From NCBI GenBank assembly GCA_964199315.1, contig OZ116701.1, forward strand, positions 3,782,001 through 3,846,000: a DNA stretch of 64,000 nt. Direction: 5' to 3'. The stretch comes from Orbicella franksi. Lineage: Eukaryota. A program made the position numbers and the translations under genes. The notes beneath the pieces are model-generated. The model was given only the letters and a program-made list of their open reading frames with translations, was not told where the DNA came from and made no database searches. Each line of letters begins with the position of its first letter. Position 1 is the first letter of the stretch. Shown here piece by piece: positions 33,236-46,379 of this stretch.

Positions 33236-36200
33236 AGGACAGGGGAGTGAACCTATGATAAATTATCATTTTTTCAGGGTTTAACATATCCCCCGCAGTT
33301 TGGGGGAGATAAAAATCGAGCAGTTTTCAAAACGGCCTCCAGGTACAATTGTCAGTGACGTCAACAATTTTTACACAACAAAATCATTTGGAAAGAGAGA
33401 TACGTGGATCTTTCTAAAAGGATGCGGCGAAATGGATTAAATTCTAGCACATTAATGCAGGCGAGAACACCGTGTTCTAAATTTGATTGCAAAGTTATCA
33501 GCAAAATTTAGTGGCAGTTTTTAACATCTAGCATGCATTAACACCATGCTAAACTTGAAGGATTTTATTCAATACAATTATATAAAATCTTTTGAAAAAT
33601 GCGCTAAATTACATTTTGAGTGAGTTTGCAAACGTCAGTATAAGGATGGATTCCGCATCTTTGAAATTACCGCCGTATTGAAGCGGGGCTGGAGGAAAAC
33701 TAAGAGGAAAATAGTTTAAGTACCCCACTCTACATCTGCCCAACAGCTTTCCGTCTCATTATGTTGGACAAGCAGAATGTCTACCACTTTTCACCATCTA
33801 GTCATTTTTATGTCAAGCCCATGTAAATCCCTGTAACACAGACTAGGCGTGCCTCCCTAAAGTACATGCGTGTTTTAAAAAAACACAAGACTCTATAAAA
33901 CTCAGCCTTTATATAATTTCTAACAAACGATTTGGCTGAATTTATTAAAGATGCAATTGAGAGTACTAAGCAAATATTTTTGGGCTGAAACATCCTTGCA
34001 ACCAAATGATTGGCCCGGGGGATTCTGTTGACGCCTTTCGTGGGCGAATTCTATAAAGATGTTTAAATTACCTTTGTTTTCATTGCCATTTAGCTTTGCA
34101 AGGTCAACCAAATGTGTAATGTTCCTGTGGGATCTCAAGTGTGAAATTTCAAATCGCGGACTTGCAAACTAAAATCAAAAACATAACAATTTTTCGTTGA
34201 AAATTATGGATTTTAAGACTGACTGCATGGAATATTTTGTTTCTCCTTTAGTGAGCGTAGTTTACTCACCTGCTAAGAGAGGTCCCAAAGTGTTACGAAA
34301 CGTGATCGTTTAAGCGCGCTATTTACCAATTAAGTGCGTGCCGCAAAGAGTTTCATGACACTCTGTCAATCCTATAGCTACCTGGTGGCACGATGAAAGT
34401 GATATTATCCGAAACGAATTAACGCTTTAAGGAAAATCATTAGTTCAGATATTCCGAACCAGACCGCTAAGTCTAGCCAATTAACAGTATTGTCAAGGCG
34501 GTGACACTTCACAAGCCTTACAAAACTGCCGCAAAGCATAAATTGTATTTTATGTGCGTAGAAATTCTAAGAGATTTTCTTGAAGGCCGCTGTAACATAT
34601 TCGCTTGAATTATCCCTTTACCACCTGTTATTCCATGACGTACTGAAAATGAATAAATCACCGACATGTAGGCAAGGATAAAAACAAAATTAGTTGGTAG
34701 CATTGTTTAATTTTCGTCGGGGCTGTGAATATAACCCGGTTGAAAGGGAAGCGAGTGTACCAGTGATATAGATTTCTGAGGATTGGAGGAGAACTTTGCT
34801 CAGGTACGTAAGGTTTACAGGGGTTGAATGAAAAGTAAAACGGTGAGCTTTCGGGTCCATATTTCCTGCTCTGGATAGTTCTTGTGTTTAACACAGCTTT
34901 GGTGGAAATCTGGATATAAAATTAAATTTCTGTTGTTTTATAACCTTCATCAGTTACACAGGTAAATACAAAACTACGGTAAATTTCTTGTCAACAAATT
35001 TCTGCCCTCATTATCCGCTAAACATAGACTATTATATTGTACTGAAAAATAAAAATCACTCAAGTTTGTAGATCTAAGGCTTTGTCAATAAAATTTACCA
35101 TTCCGACGCCGTGGAAAACGTTACATAGAAACGCGTTTAACGCCTTGGTTTGCTTTATCAATATGCAACTCAAAGACACCTACAATTGAGAATAAAAAAG
35201 TCTAATTTTATCAGACGCTTGGTAAAACGTAATGTTAAGAAACTGTAGCTCTTTGTAATTATTTTGCTGAACCTGAGAAGTTTCCAGTGGTGTTTAATTT
35301 TGTTAAGACTGTGGGCAGGAACTGGCTGGTTTTCTATACAAAAACTGGCTGGACTTATCTCGAACAAGTTCTATACCTCTCACTTACAAGACTGAGATAT
35401 CCAGGCAATAACTTGCACTGTGAAACAATATTGTGCATTTCGAAAGCTCGTCTTGCAAAATTTATCACAGCGAAAATTGTTTTCAGTATTTTTGTTAGTA
35501 TTTATTATTTTAAAACAAGTTCGACGTTTTATTTGCTTTTATTAGCTTTTAGAAGTGTCCTTTTAGTACATGACATAGCATATTTTCACTTCATGTTGTA
35601 TACTTTATTATTTTTTTTCTTATGTTTTGCAAGCATAATAATTTCTGTGAATTAATTTCCAAAAACATCTCAGTTCCCTTAAATTATCTATATTGTGTTC
35701 TCCAGCTACAAAGCACCATCGTCACTGTTACGCGAGACAACCCTCCCTGCCAAATTGCAGCACCATATTATTTTCTAAATTTAATTCACAAATGTAGGTG
35801 ACATTTAATTCTTGCGGGTAGTTGGACATTTTGAAACACGACACCAGAATACATGCAAAGAAAATTTCCATTATCGTTTAATTGCCCAACCGTTATGTCG
35901 GAAACATACAGTTGTTTAAGTTTCGACGTCAGAAGAGCGGTTGCCAATAGATTCTTTGGTTAATATTGGAATTAAGATACGTGAAATGAATGCAGCGCTC
36001 CCTTTAATAATAGGTTAAGTTCCACCTGTTCGTCAGTTGATTGCGTGCTAATGATCACTCACGGAAACCAGGAAAGCAAAACACGGAATAATTTCACTCA
36101 GAGAGTTGTGAGAACGTGTTTCTGTTTGGCTGTCCACGCTAACAGGAGGACGCTAGTTCATTATAGGGTACAGTAGCTTACTTCGTTTTCTTTCCAAATG

Positions 36201-36346
36201 TGTCACTTTTTGATGTTCGTTCGTTTTTTGGTTTTTGAGGTAAGGTTGATGGGCTTTGACTTCACCATCCAACTGGTAAATGTATATACGTGACTATTTC
36301 AGGTGTCTTTTTGTTTCTTTCTGGAACTTGTCGCCCTTTTCGCTTT

Positions 36347-36665
36347 GAGAAGGCAGCGTGGCCGAGTGGTTAGGGCGCCCGAGTTTAAGTCCCGAGGTCG
36401 CTGGTCGAAGTCCCGTTCTGACCACTTGGCTGGAGTTATTTCTCGGTACACCGTGGTTCAGCTTCTCTGATCTGCCTCCCGCCAGTTGGAATTTTTAAGC
36501 CTATTTTGTTTAGTCAAGAGATTACCTTCATAATCTCTTGTTTTAGTCGATATATTTGCTTCTTTCAGTTTAAGTTACATGCCTATGAACTAGCTATGTG
36601 TAGCTAAGCGCATTGACCACTATAAACGACAACATTTGAACATTTTGGAACATTTGATCATTTTG
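36347..36665 (+). mobile_element. tRNA-derived SINE (tRNA-Ser-like head family)
   Basis: Head gcagcgtggccgagtggttagggcgc..gtcgaagtccc; body ctgcctcccgccagttgg..tttaa shared with 51728-51854 and 55943-56230; tail of acattt repeats. Confidence 0.8.
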
Positions 36666-36917
36666 GGCATCTCAAAGACCAAAATATCAACTAATTGGCA
36701 TCAACTTATTTTCTTGTCGCTATGGCTCACTTATACCATGAACTGAACAGGATGATCGCAAGCTAGACCTGTTCTCCGTGATACGGTTTATTAAGCCGTA
36801 TTTATTTACCTCGTGAACTGTGTGGCAAGAGGTAGAAGCAAAAAATCATTGTAAGACAGGTGTCTCAAGATGACAGGCCGTAACGCGATTTCACCGTCAC
36901 GTATTTCTCGTCGCCGC

Positions 36918-37104
36918 GGTTACCAGTCGTTATAATTAAGCCCCCAAGACGATTAGCCCCTAGCCAGTTAGTCCCCCACCAGAAGTCGATTAGCCCCCAT
37001 TCACGCTTAAAGAACGAAAACTAGACAGTGTTTTCGACTTCAGTTCTGGTTGGCGGCTAAAGTATTAGGGGCTATTCGACTTGGGGGCTAAACGACCGGA
37101 TACC
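36918..37104. mobile_element. MITE
   Basis: TIRs ggttaccagtcgtt..agcccccaagacgattagcccct / aggggctattcgacttgggggctaaacgaccggatacc. Confidence 0.75.
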
Positions 37105-37235
37105 TTCTCTTCTCATCTACGTGAAGTCAGACTTTCTAGATAGAAATCAAGTACCTCCTTTACTTTACTTCACTTTACTATCTAATTGAAAGTTTAACAA
37201 TGAAGGTAAATCTCTTTAGGCATATGCCCATCTCA

Positions 37236-37308
37236 CTTACCTTCCCACCCTGCCGCCCTCTCTCCCTCCTTCCTTCCTTTCTTCCCTCCCCCCTCCCCAC
37301 CCAAACCC
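37236..37308. other. Polypyrimidine/polypurine tract with a G-quadruplex motif on the minus strand
   Basis: Minus strand gggtttgggtggggaggggg..aggg (four or more G3 runs with short loops) inside a ~65-nt tract of almost pure C/T on the plus strand. Confidence 0.6.
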
Positions 37309-40300
37309 ATTCTTGTTTACTTTCAGGACAATTTACTTTGTCTGATGTCGTTTGAACCAAGTTTAAATAACCGAGCCTTCAGAGCGGACAAACGTCTTTC
37401 AGCGGTCTCTGCTGTTAATTGCATGTAGTGTAGTGCAATTTAAATTTTTCACTGTTTACGCATTGTTTTGCAAACTTTTTACATAGAACGTTAATTTTCG
37501 AGCTGAGGTTGAACGCCCTAAATGTTAAGAAGATTTGATTCCGAAAATGTTTATACTTAAAACGACCTCAAACGCCATATTATAACAATTTTGCAAAGCA
37601 GGTGATAAATGACAATGTTGTTTCCAAGTTCGATGTGAACAACGGTTGATTTGTGATGTAAACATGTAGTATTTTCACTCTTACCGGAAGAAATGTACCA
37701 ATGTTTTATTTCGTACATTATAATGTCCTCGGCCGAATTTCAGCCATGGATTTGTTCTTCGCAACTCCTTCAGGTAAAAATTAAGGTTTTCCGAATACTG
37801 CAATGTTTACCGCGTTAACCCTTATCCCGTTAGCATACCGTCCTTCAACACTCAAATTCGCAAGAACTCGCTTTTCCTGTTAATTGTAGTTGTTAACTTA
37901 TTTCTAAATCTGTAGGCTCTCTAAAAGTCCATATCTCAAAAACAAATAAATAGACGCCATAATTTACCCATAAAATAATACTGAATATGACAGTCAAAAT
38001 AATAGTATACACTAATGTTGGTTGATACATATTTTATTCATAAATTTCCCTCTGCCTTTTCTTGGGATTAATAATACATTGCTTATCTTAAATCTAGCAA
38101 TCTCGCGTAAATATCGAACTTCGTAAACTAAGCTCTTTATTTTGAAGAACCTAGAATGTCAGAATTTTGAAGAACCTAGAATTAATAGCCTTAATTTCGG
38201 ACAGATGGTTAAATAGAGATGTCCAATGATGTTCTTAGATTTCAAACATTTGAAATCAATAGTACATTTTATGGAATTATTATATCTTATGCTATATGTT
38301 ATATGCTGTAATTCAGTTTCGAAACTGATGTTGCAAACTTACAACTCGCTTAAACCGATTTTCCAATAATGTATTTCAGTTTCTCTCTGAATTTACTAAG
38401 TCATTTTCGAACAGTTAACTTTTACTTTTATTTTTAAAACAGTGGTACTTTGTTTTTATTTGAATCCCGCTGAAAAAAAAAATTCAGAGGTAGTAGATTT
38501 TTCTCAAAATGTGTCACTTTTCTTGAAAGATTTTTGTCTACGAAAACATTTTTTGAATGCTCGCTTTGGTCGTTCGATTCTTTCCGTTAGTATTTTACGT
38601 GAAGTTATTGGCATTAATAATGAATGCATTGTTGTCAAGGCTGAGCAATAATAAACTTCAACATGCAGGTTTTGAAATGCTCGCAGCTGGCACTGTTTCG
38701 TTCCTCGTAGGTATTTTCCTAATGTCACTTCGGACGAGCACGTCGCTTGGGCCAAAAAATAACTACTTAGTCAGAGTTTAGAAAACGAGGGTCTAAAATA
38801 GGCGTGTCCTCTAAGCCTACCTGAATAATGCACCAGAGTTTTAAGCATTTTTAAGAAACTTTTAGCGTGTAAAATTGTTTTGTCTTAAACGTTGCTCACG
38901 AGGCTCACTGGGTTCCCACTGGGTACATAACATAATGAATTATTCCACTAATAATGTGGTTAGAGCTAATCGTTTGGAGCAGGCGTACCGCAGGGGATTT
39001 ATCTTAATTAAGTTGGTGAAGACGAGGGATGAAACAATGAACCATTTTCCTCGTTTTCTAAGAAGAAAGATCTCTATCAACTCGCTTATTACAAAGCTAG
39101 GGATAATATCTCCCGCCAGACTGTCTCTCGTTTCCTAATTTAATACTTTTTAATTCATGTAGAATTTCTTTTCAGTGAAAAATATTCAAACTGGCGAAAC
39201 AGTCTTGGTGTGCGATAGACTTTCTAAAATCGTTCGCTTTTCCGTTCTCAGTTAAATAAATTCTGGTACATTACAATTTAGTAACTCTTGTAACGACGGA
39301 AAAAGAAAGTAATATAGAGTGCAAAGTCATACATCTTCAATCGGATCGTATGTTGTAAACTTTTTTATGAATCAGCTCACAAACGTGATGAAGAAAAAAA
39401 CAAAACTATTTATGTAATGATCTAACTAGAAGTAATTATTTTTCCTAACAGTCGCTCTACACCACATGGCGCGAAATTTAATTGTCCTGCCCAGTACATA
39501 AAAATCCCCTAATGACATGAATTACTTTGCGCATGTCATGATATGAATCCTATAAAATAAACAAACCTATTTCTGTTCAAGTTATACCTTGAAGAAGGTC
39601 ATTCTCGACCGGTGGTAAACTATTATTGCTTCAATATTGTGAGTGTTTAAGCAATTTCCGACCCGTTGGTAATTTTGAAGACTTTCAACAATTGCTCGTC
39701 AGCTGAAATGGCGTGCAGCTGGTCCGAATAGGCTGATCAATGAAAGCGATTTCTAAAGGATTTAATTTTTCCTTTCGTTTCTCTTTTGTCTGCTTTTTCT
39801 TCATTTACACAAACTTGTAGTCACAGATAATGATATCGTGGCTTTCACATCGCGAAAAACTGTTAAATATTTCATGAGTTTACGATAAAGTCTTTGTCGA
39901 GATCTTATTACTACACGTTCGCCCGGCGGCAGTAGGCTAACCAACTGGCATTTTTGTCAGAAGCCGAGCTCTGATTCGTTGAAACACTGTTGTTATGGTA
40001 ATTTCCCTTGATGTAGATAATCTAAAGCAAATAGTCAGAAATTAAGAGCTGCAAAAGCTGCCTGAACCTTCAGGACAGTCAAGCTGTACGTGTTAAAATT
40101 GCCGTTCTTCGAATCTTTTAATCAAGCCGCCAAAAATGTAAGAATGGCTTCACAATTGGTTTTCTTTATTCTTTGGACTTATCTCGTCGCTAAATCCGCT
40201 TAGTCGTTGGAAAACGCCAGAAGTGGTTTGTACTTGAGAAAAATCGAACTTTTGATCACGGGTTATTGACAGCGCAATCGCCAAACTAAAACAAGACCCG

Positions 40301-40703
40301 GTCTGGTCTTACTCGGTCATGGAGGTCATCAATTCTCCGGGGCTCTCCTCAAGCAGTTATCGGAGGGAAACTTTGTGGAATTTTCAACCAATTCGTTAAG
40401 ATTTTCCAGAAGCGTTTTTTTACCGTATTCACCGGGTTGTAAAACTCAATATTAACTTCACATGGCTGTATATATTGCTTTGACAAACAGGTGTTGGCCT
40501 CCAACGGATCATGTGTCAACAAACAGACATCGAAACTACAGGAGTCTAAAATCTACACTTTAGATGACAATATTTGCGCTAGAATATTCATGTGCATTTG
40601 TGAGTTGACAATAATAATAGCTACTGGTCAAAGACCCTTCATCTAAACTCAAAATATCCAAGACATCGCTCATTTGCTATATTCATGTATTTTCAGGGAC
40701 GAA

Positions 40704-40782
40704 ATGCCTGTTGGACGAAGAGGACTTGTGGTGCCTCAAAACACTTTTCTGGAAAATGTTGTTCGGCGCTCGAATGGCCTTC
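40704..40782 (+). CDS. KCNH1: Eag coding exon 1 (PAS-cap)
   Basis: [26 protein letters not shown]; donor C|GTAAGT, phase 1; acceptor tttcag ending at 40696. Confidence 0.93.
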
Positions 40783-43700
40783 GTAAGTAACACTGACATT
40801 GATGTTTTGCAAAAATGCTAAACAGACTTTTACTATAAACAAGAAAATTATTTCCATAAATTTAAGGTAGAAAATGACTTTAAAAAAGTCCTTTCAGTTT
40901 GATCTACGCTTTCACTAACACTTGGGAGCTGACATATTGACCTTTCAAGGGTGCCTGTTTTATTCCAAAACGAAAAATAGTTTTCCTATTTCGTGATTTG
41001 TGTCTCCGTGATACTTTGTCTGTTCGATTGCCTGATTGTTTCCGAGATATGGCATCTAAAAAGAAAAAAAAGAATTAGATAAAACAATACAATTCGAAAT
41101 TAAAACTAAAAAAGTCTCAAAGACATTTGTCCAGCTATTAAAGAAGTAATTCGTTTGTGTATATTAGGACAAAAATGATCGCAAAATCTCAAAATAGCTT
41201 CTTGTAGTTTTCAGTTACTTCGATTGTGGGAAAATCCGGCGAAATTGAAAGAAATTTTGTACCTCAGAGAGTTTGTTTGTAATTACCTTTGTCGTTTTAG
41301 AATTTATTGTTTGATGTCTCAAAGTCAACCATATAGTGAACAGTATGTGTTTATTAACTTCTGTCTCGAATCACCGGCTAAATTCGATAAAAACATCGTA
41401 TATAAAACCCTCTTTCCTGAAACATTGCGTCTATACCGGCAAAATTCTTCCCGGCAACGTTTTGAAAACTTATTAACGTAAACGAACTTTATCTTTATTT
41501 TAATAGTGACTAACGTATTCATCCAAACTTTTCAATATTAACATATCTAAAGAAAATAAATATGTATATCTAATTTTCTTATTCGATGAAATAAACTTGG
41601 TTAGCATCGAAGCTGGTTTTCAGAGGGTATTTGCCTCAGTTTGTTGACACAGAAAATTGGATGCTGTGTACTATAACCCTAAGTTACAGTTTTTGAAATG
41701 AATCTGTGCGACTAAAGCCATCTGTCGACGTCTGAAAATGTAAACTAGCCAACACTTTTGAATGAATGACTTGAAGCAGGGTTTAAAAGTCAGATCCTTT
41801 CAAACTTGATTGTAGAAACTGATGTCAGAAAGTATGGTACTGTAAATTTGGTGGCGCTTTATGACGATCGACCCTTTCTAACCTCAGTTTCTACATCACG
41901 AATTTAGAAATTCACAGGATTTAAAACAGATGTCATAACTAGAAAAAGGATACAAAATTTATTGATAGTACCAAGTTTGAAAGGATCTGGGTTTTAAAAA
42001 CCCTGCTTCAAATAATTTATTCAAAAGTTTGAGCCATTTTCCATTTACAGACGTTGACGGAAGCTTGACGCCTTTCGCCACCTACTCATCCAAACTTTGG
42101 TAAATTTGACGTTTTTCATCAGGAAATATCTGGTTCAATATTTAACGAGTTCATTCAATATTTATCGTAGTTAGTAGATGACGTATACGTTATCGATATA
42201 TCGTTTCTGTGCGTTTGCAAGACCAAATTTAATTTTAGATAAACTTACGCTGATGAGCAATTGGTCTTTCATATATTCACTTGCGAGGTAAACATGGCTG
42301 TGAATGGAAAACGGGTGGTTGTTTCTTGAAAAATTAATACTGTTTGATATAAAAAGAGTCTTATGACGGGAGTGTATGCGAAAAAAAAAGTTTTTTGATG
42401 CGGTATTCAAAAGGAACATAATGTAACGCCCATAATATCCTCCAAATAAATCTGCAATGTAGAATAATTTGATGGCTTCGATCGAAGATTTCTGTGAAAA
42501 TTTTTACAAATATTTTCAAAGAACACCTGGAAATTATCTCCACGTTTTCGAACAATTATCTCGTTGTTAGATTATAGCCGATAGTTTTCGAAATGTCCGA
42601 ACTTTTCGAATGATTTGTCGAGTTTACTTCGAATTGATATTTTCCTGTCCTTACGTAACATTTGAGGAAAGCAGAACGAAGTATTGATCGGAAATATTTT
42701 GTCGGAAACATCAGTTAACCCCTTTAGCAACGCCGGAAACATTTCTTTCCGAAACAGTCTTGTTCGACGGAAACGAACTTTCGTTTTTTTGGAACATTTA
42801 GGGCAGAATTTCGCCCGCGAGTGCTGGCGGAATGTCGCCAATTGCACAGGCTACAAAAATCTTAAATCTGTTTCCCCGAGTGATTAAACTGGGAAGAACG
42901 TTCACTCGTTCCGTAAAAGTGTGAAGGTCTGGTTTCTCCTTGTAATAAAAATGATAAAAAAAGACAGTTATAAAAAGGCCCAATGAGGTAGAGAGAAACG
43001 AGAAAAATCGTCAACTTGAGGATTTTGTCTTGATGGATCATTAGTTTCTCAGAAACAACGTTGAAAGGAATGTAAGGAGATAAGTAATGAGGATTTATAT
43101 TTAGAGAAAACCATTTTTATTGTTGACGAGAAAACCATGACGGATTAAATAGGGATTGATAAACAAAACGTATGAAATTAAACTATATTGTGTCTGACGG
43201 AAAATTCGGAAAACATATAATTGGTTGCCTGAGAGTTCTCTTCGTGATCGGGACTGGATTGGCTTGGCCTCGTGGAAATGGAGAGGGAGGAGTTCAAAAT
43301 TAACAGACAGGAGAACTCTTTACTGATAAATTTTAACGCGATGAGACTTATTGGGCAAAAAGCTTTAAAAGAGATGTGGGTTTAGAAGCTAGAGCTTTTT
43401 CAGCAGAAAATATAACTTTGAATTGGTTTCTCATTTTTTGTCAACAAACTTTCTATAACCGCTTTATCACATAGGGAGAATTATTCAGGAACTATTCTTT
43501 TCCCGCATCAAAACAAAAATAACAGGCTATTCTTACAGACATTTTGTCTGGCTCTATTGTGCAGATTATACCTACTGCATGCATGCCAAATTGATTTGAT
43601 GAGACCTTGTGAGGCGAGTTGAGTTAAAGCTTATTGCTATTTACGTGCAGAAAAGATCATTAGTTTTCGGTGACATTGGATGAATGCGAACTCAAGGCGT

Positions 43701-46345
43701 GGCACACGTGTCATCGAAGCTTTTGTTGTACTGTACCTTGTCTTTTCTTAAAGGCATGGAGTGGTGGCAGTATATAAGGGAATTAATTATCGTCCACAGT
43801 TCAGAAGCTTTATTTAAAATTAATGTAATCACTGACAAAGAATTTTCTGTGATCCTTGAAAGTCACCGGCTGTTTTTCAGTATATTTTCCATGACTTTTG
43901 TCCATTTCCGTCGGCTGATTAAACAGACACCCCACTGTCACGAAAAGGTTTGGTGAAATAAAAGAACATTCTGGTAAAAAACGGTTCTTGTAAAAAGGTT
44001 TCTACTGCACTCTTATATTCCTCTTGGTTTATTAATTATTACCAAAAACCGTAAAGGCTACCAGGGAAGGGATAGTTCAAACCCATCATAAGTTATCCTA
44101 GCGGAACATTTTTGATCACGAAAAGTTGACAGATCGAAATTAAGAAGAATTTTAAAAAATGATTGATATAAAGCACATCAATGATTTCAGTTAATACATA
44201 ATTTATTGATGGCCTGGATGCCTTAATAAAAGGATACCACATTGTAACCAGGTTTTGGCAGTAAAGAGTCAGAAAGGCTTGATAGAAAAATCTTCAAAAG
44301 GTTAAAGTTACTGAGATGCATGTTCTAAGACTCAATTGGACGGTAAATAAAACAATTTAAAATGCAAAGCTGGCACGAAGAAAAAGGCTGTGCAAATATA
44401 ATGATATCGTGTCTAATAGGGCTAGAGTAAGAGTGAAATAAAACCAAACAGCCCCTGGAATTTGACTGTAAAATACTAACAATATGGAGACATGATTGAT
44501 CACCGCAGTTATACACACAACTTAAGCAGTTGTGAAATTAAAGCCTGAAAAAAAAAATCAGGTCTGAACAAGATTCGAACCCATGACCTCTGCGATACCG
44601 GTGCAGTGCTCTTCCAACTGAGCTATCAAGCCAATAAGGAGCTGGTCACTTCGTGAGTTCGTAATTAATTTTACAACTGCTTAAGTTGCGTGTATAACTG
44701 CGATGATCAATCACGTCTTCATATCGTTCTCTGCAGTTCAAATATATGATCTTTCATATATTCACTTGCATTCAACGAACAATATTAGTGGATAACTGAA
44801 AAGCAATTTTCGTTGCAGACTCGTTATTCGTTCTTGGAAATGCTCAAATCATAGAGAACCCTATCGTATACTCAAGTGACGGGTTTTGCAAGTTCACGGG
44901 TTTTACACGAGCAGAAGTTATGAAGAAGAACTGCGACTGCAGTTTCCTGTATGGTCAGCAGACAGACCCTGAGACTATTAGGGAGCTCCATAATGCCTTG
45001 CAGGCTAAGACTGCGATCCAAAAAGAGTTTATTGCATATAAGAAAGATGGTAAGGCGACCTTTTGTTTTTTCCAGGTAACGTTCCTTTTACAAAACATAG
45101 GCACGCAAGGAGTACAAAACATTATTTTAGAATACGGTTAAACTGGAGTACTTCGCAGAGGAAAACTATCTTTTAAGACATGTACAGTGAGTGCTAAGTA
45201 GTGACCGTGATTTCATCTTATTTAGAGCGGTTTTCATTTGAGTGCCAAAAAGTAACTGGTTTTCATCAACTATGGTACAGGATTGCGTGCCAATTTTTGA
45301 TTCAATCAGAAGTAAAACCAAAACCGATCGTGATTCATTCGCACTCGTTTTCCCGCGCTTTGCGCCAGCTACATGTAAGTACCTCGAGTTTTGATTGGCT
45401 CACTGGATTGTCTGTGTTCTTTGTGATTGGCTAGAGCGATTACTTTGGTTTTGCTTTTACGATACTCGACTGAAAACCACTCTAATGATGCACATTGCCA
45501 AAAATTTAATGCCGAAGACTGTTTACTTACTTACGTGGGTCCCAATTGGTGATTAAACGCCAGAAGCGAATATTTAATTTATCTTACCTGGAACAAGAGC
45601 GTATTTTTAAAAAATGGCAGCTGTATGTTGACCATAACGTTCATTGTTCCCCGATGAAAAGGCTTTCAGTAGCGGCAAATAACTACGAACAATTAACGTT
45701 TTGCTCAGGTAACACTTTTGCTGAAGCTGGCAAAGTATTATTGTTTGCTTATATTATTTTTCAGGCACACCAATGTGGGTTCTTTTTCATCTTGGACCAA
45801 TAAAGAACGAGAAAGGCGAAGTGATGTTGTTTCTCGTCACATTAAAAGACATCACAGAATACAAGGATCCTATAGTGGGCACAGGTCATGACATGTACTT
45901 CAAACGAAACTATTCTCTCTTTACATAAAGTTTTAAATTCACACGCTTCGTGACGTGACAATCCCCAATTCCCTCCATGAGAAGCGCCTGCAGGGAATCA
46001 TGGTAGTTGTATTCATCATCTTGGACTGGATATTTGTTTTGATGAATACAACTACCATGATTCTCTGCAGGCGTGCGCCATAGAAGGGACAGGCCATAGG
46101 GAACTTAAACAAACCACGGCAGCAAGGGCGACAAAAATTCCACCAAACAAAAGATACAATAAGAAAAACCGTGGCTGTGCACGTGCGTTATAAATCTTTG
46201 TACTGTTTCTTAGCCGTATTCTGAAAAACAACCACACGTGAAATGAACAATTTTGGCGTATTTTGGAGAATGTGAGTTACGACGGTTAATTTTTTCTATT
46301 TCCAGTTGGAATGGATCCCTTACATTACATATTTAGTCCGTCAGT

Positions 46346-46379
<34 letters not shown>

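Noticed and set aside
13747-39138. Short 60-120 aa ORFs of the supplied track across the desert (e.g. 15623-15991, 26527-26808, 35287-35655)
   Set aside because: No domain motifs, biased AT-rich composition and no consistent chain of splice sites; expected by chance.
39675-39708. Hammerhead-like CUGACGA..GAAAGUC on the minus strand
   Set aside because: Stem II is weak, stem III cannot form (no ACGU-type palindrome) and stem I is mismatched.
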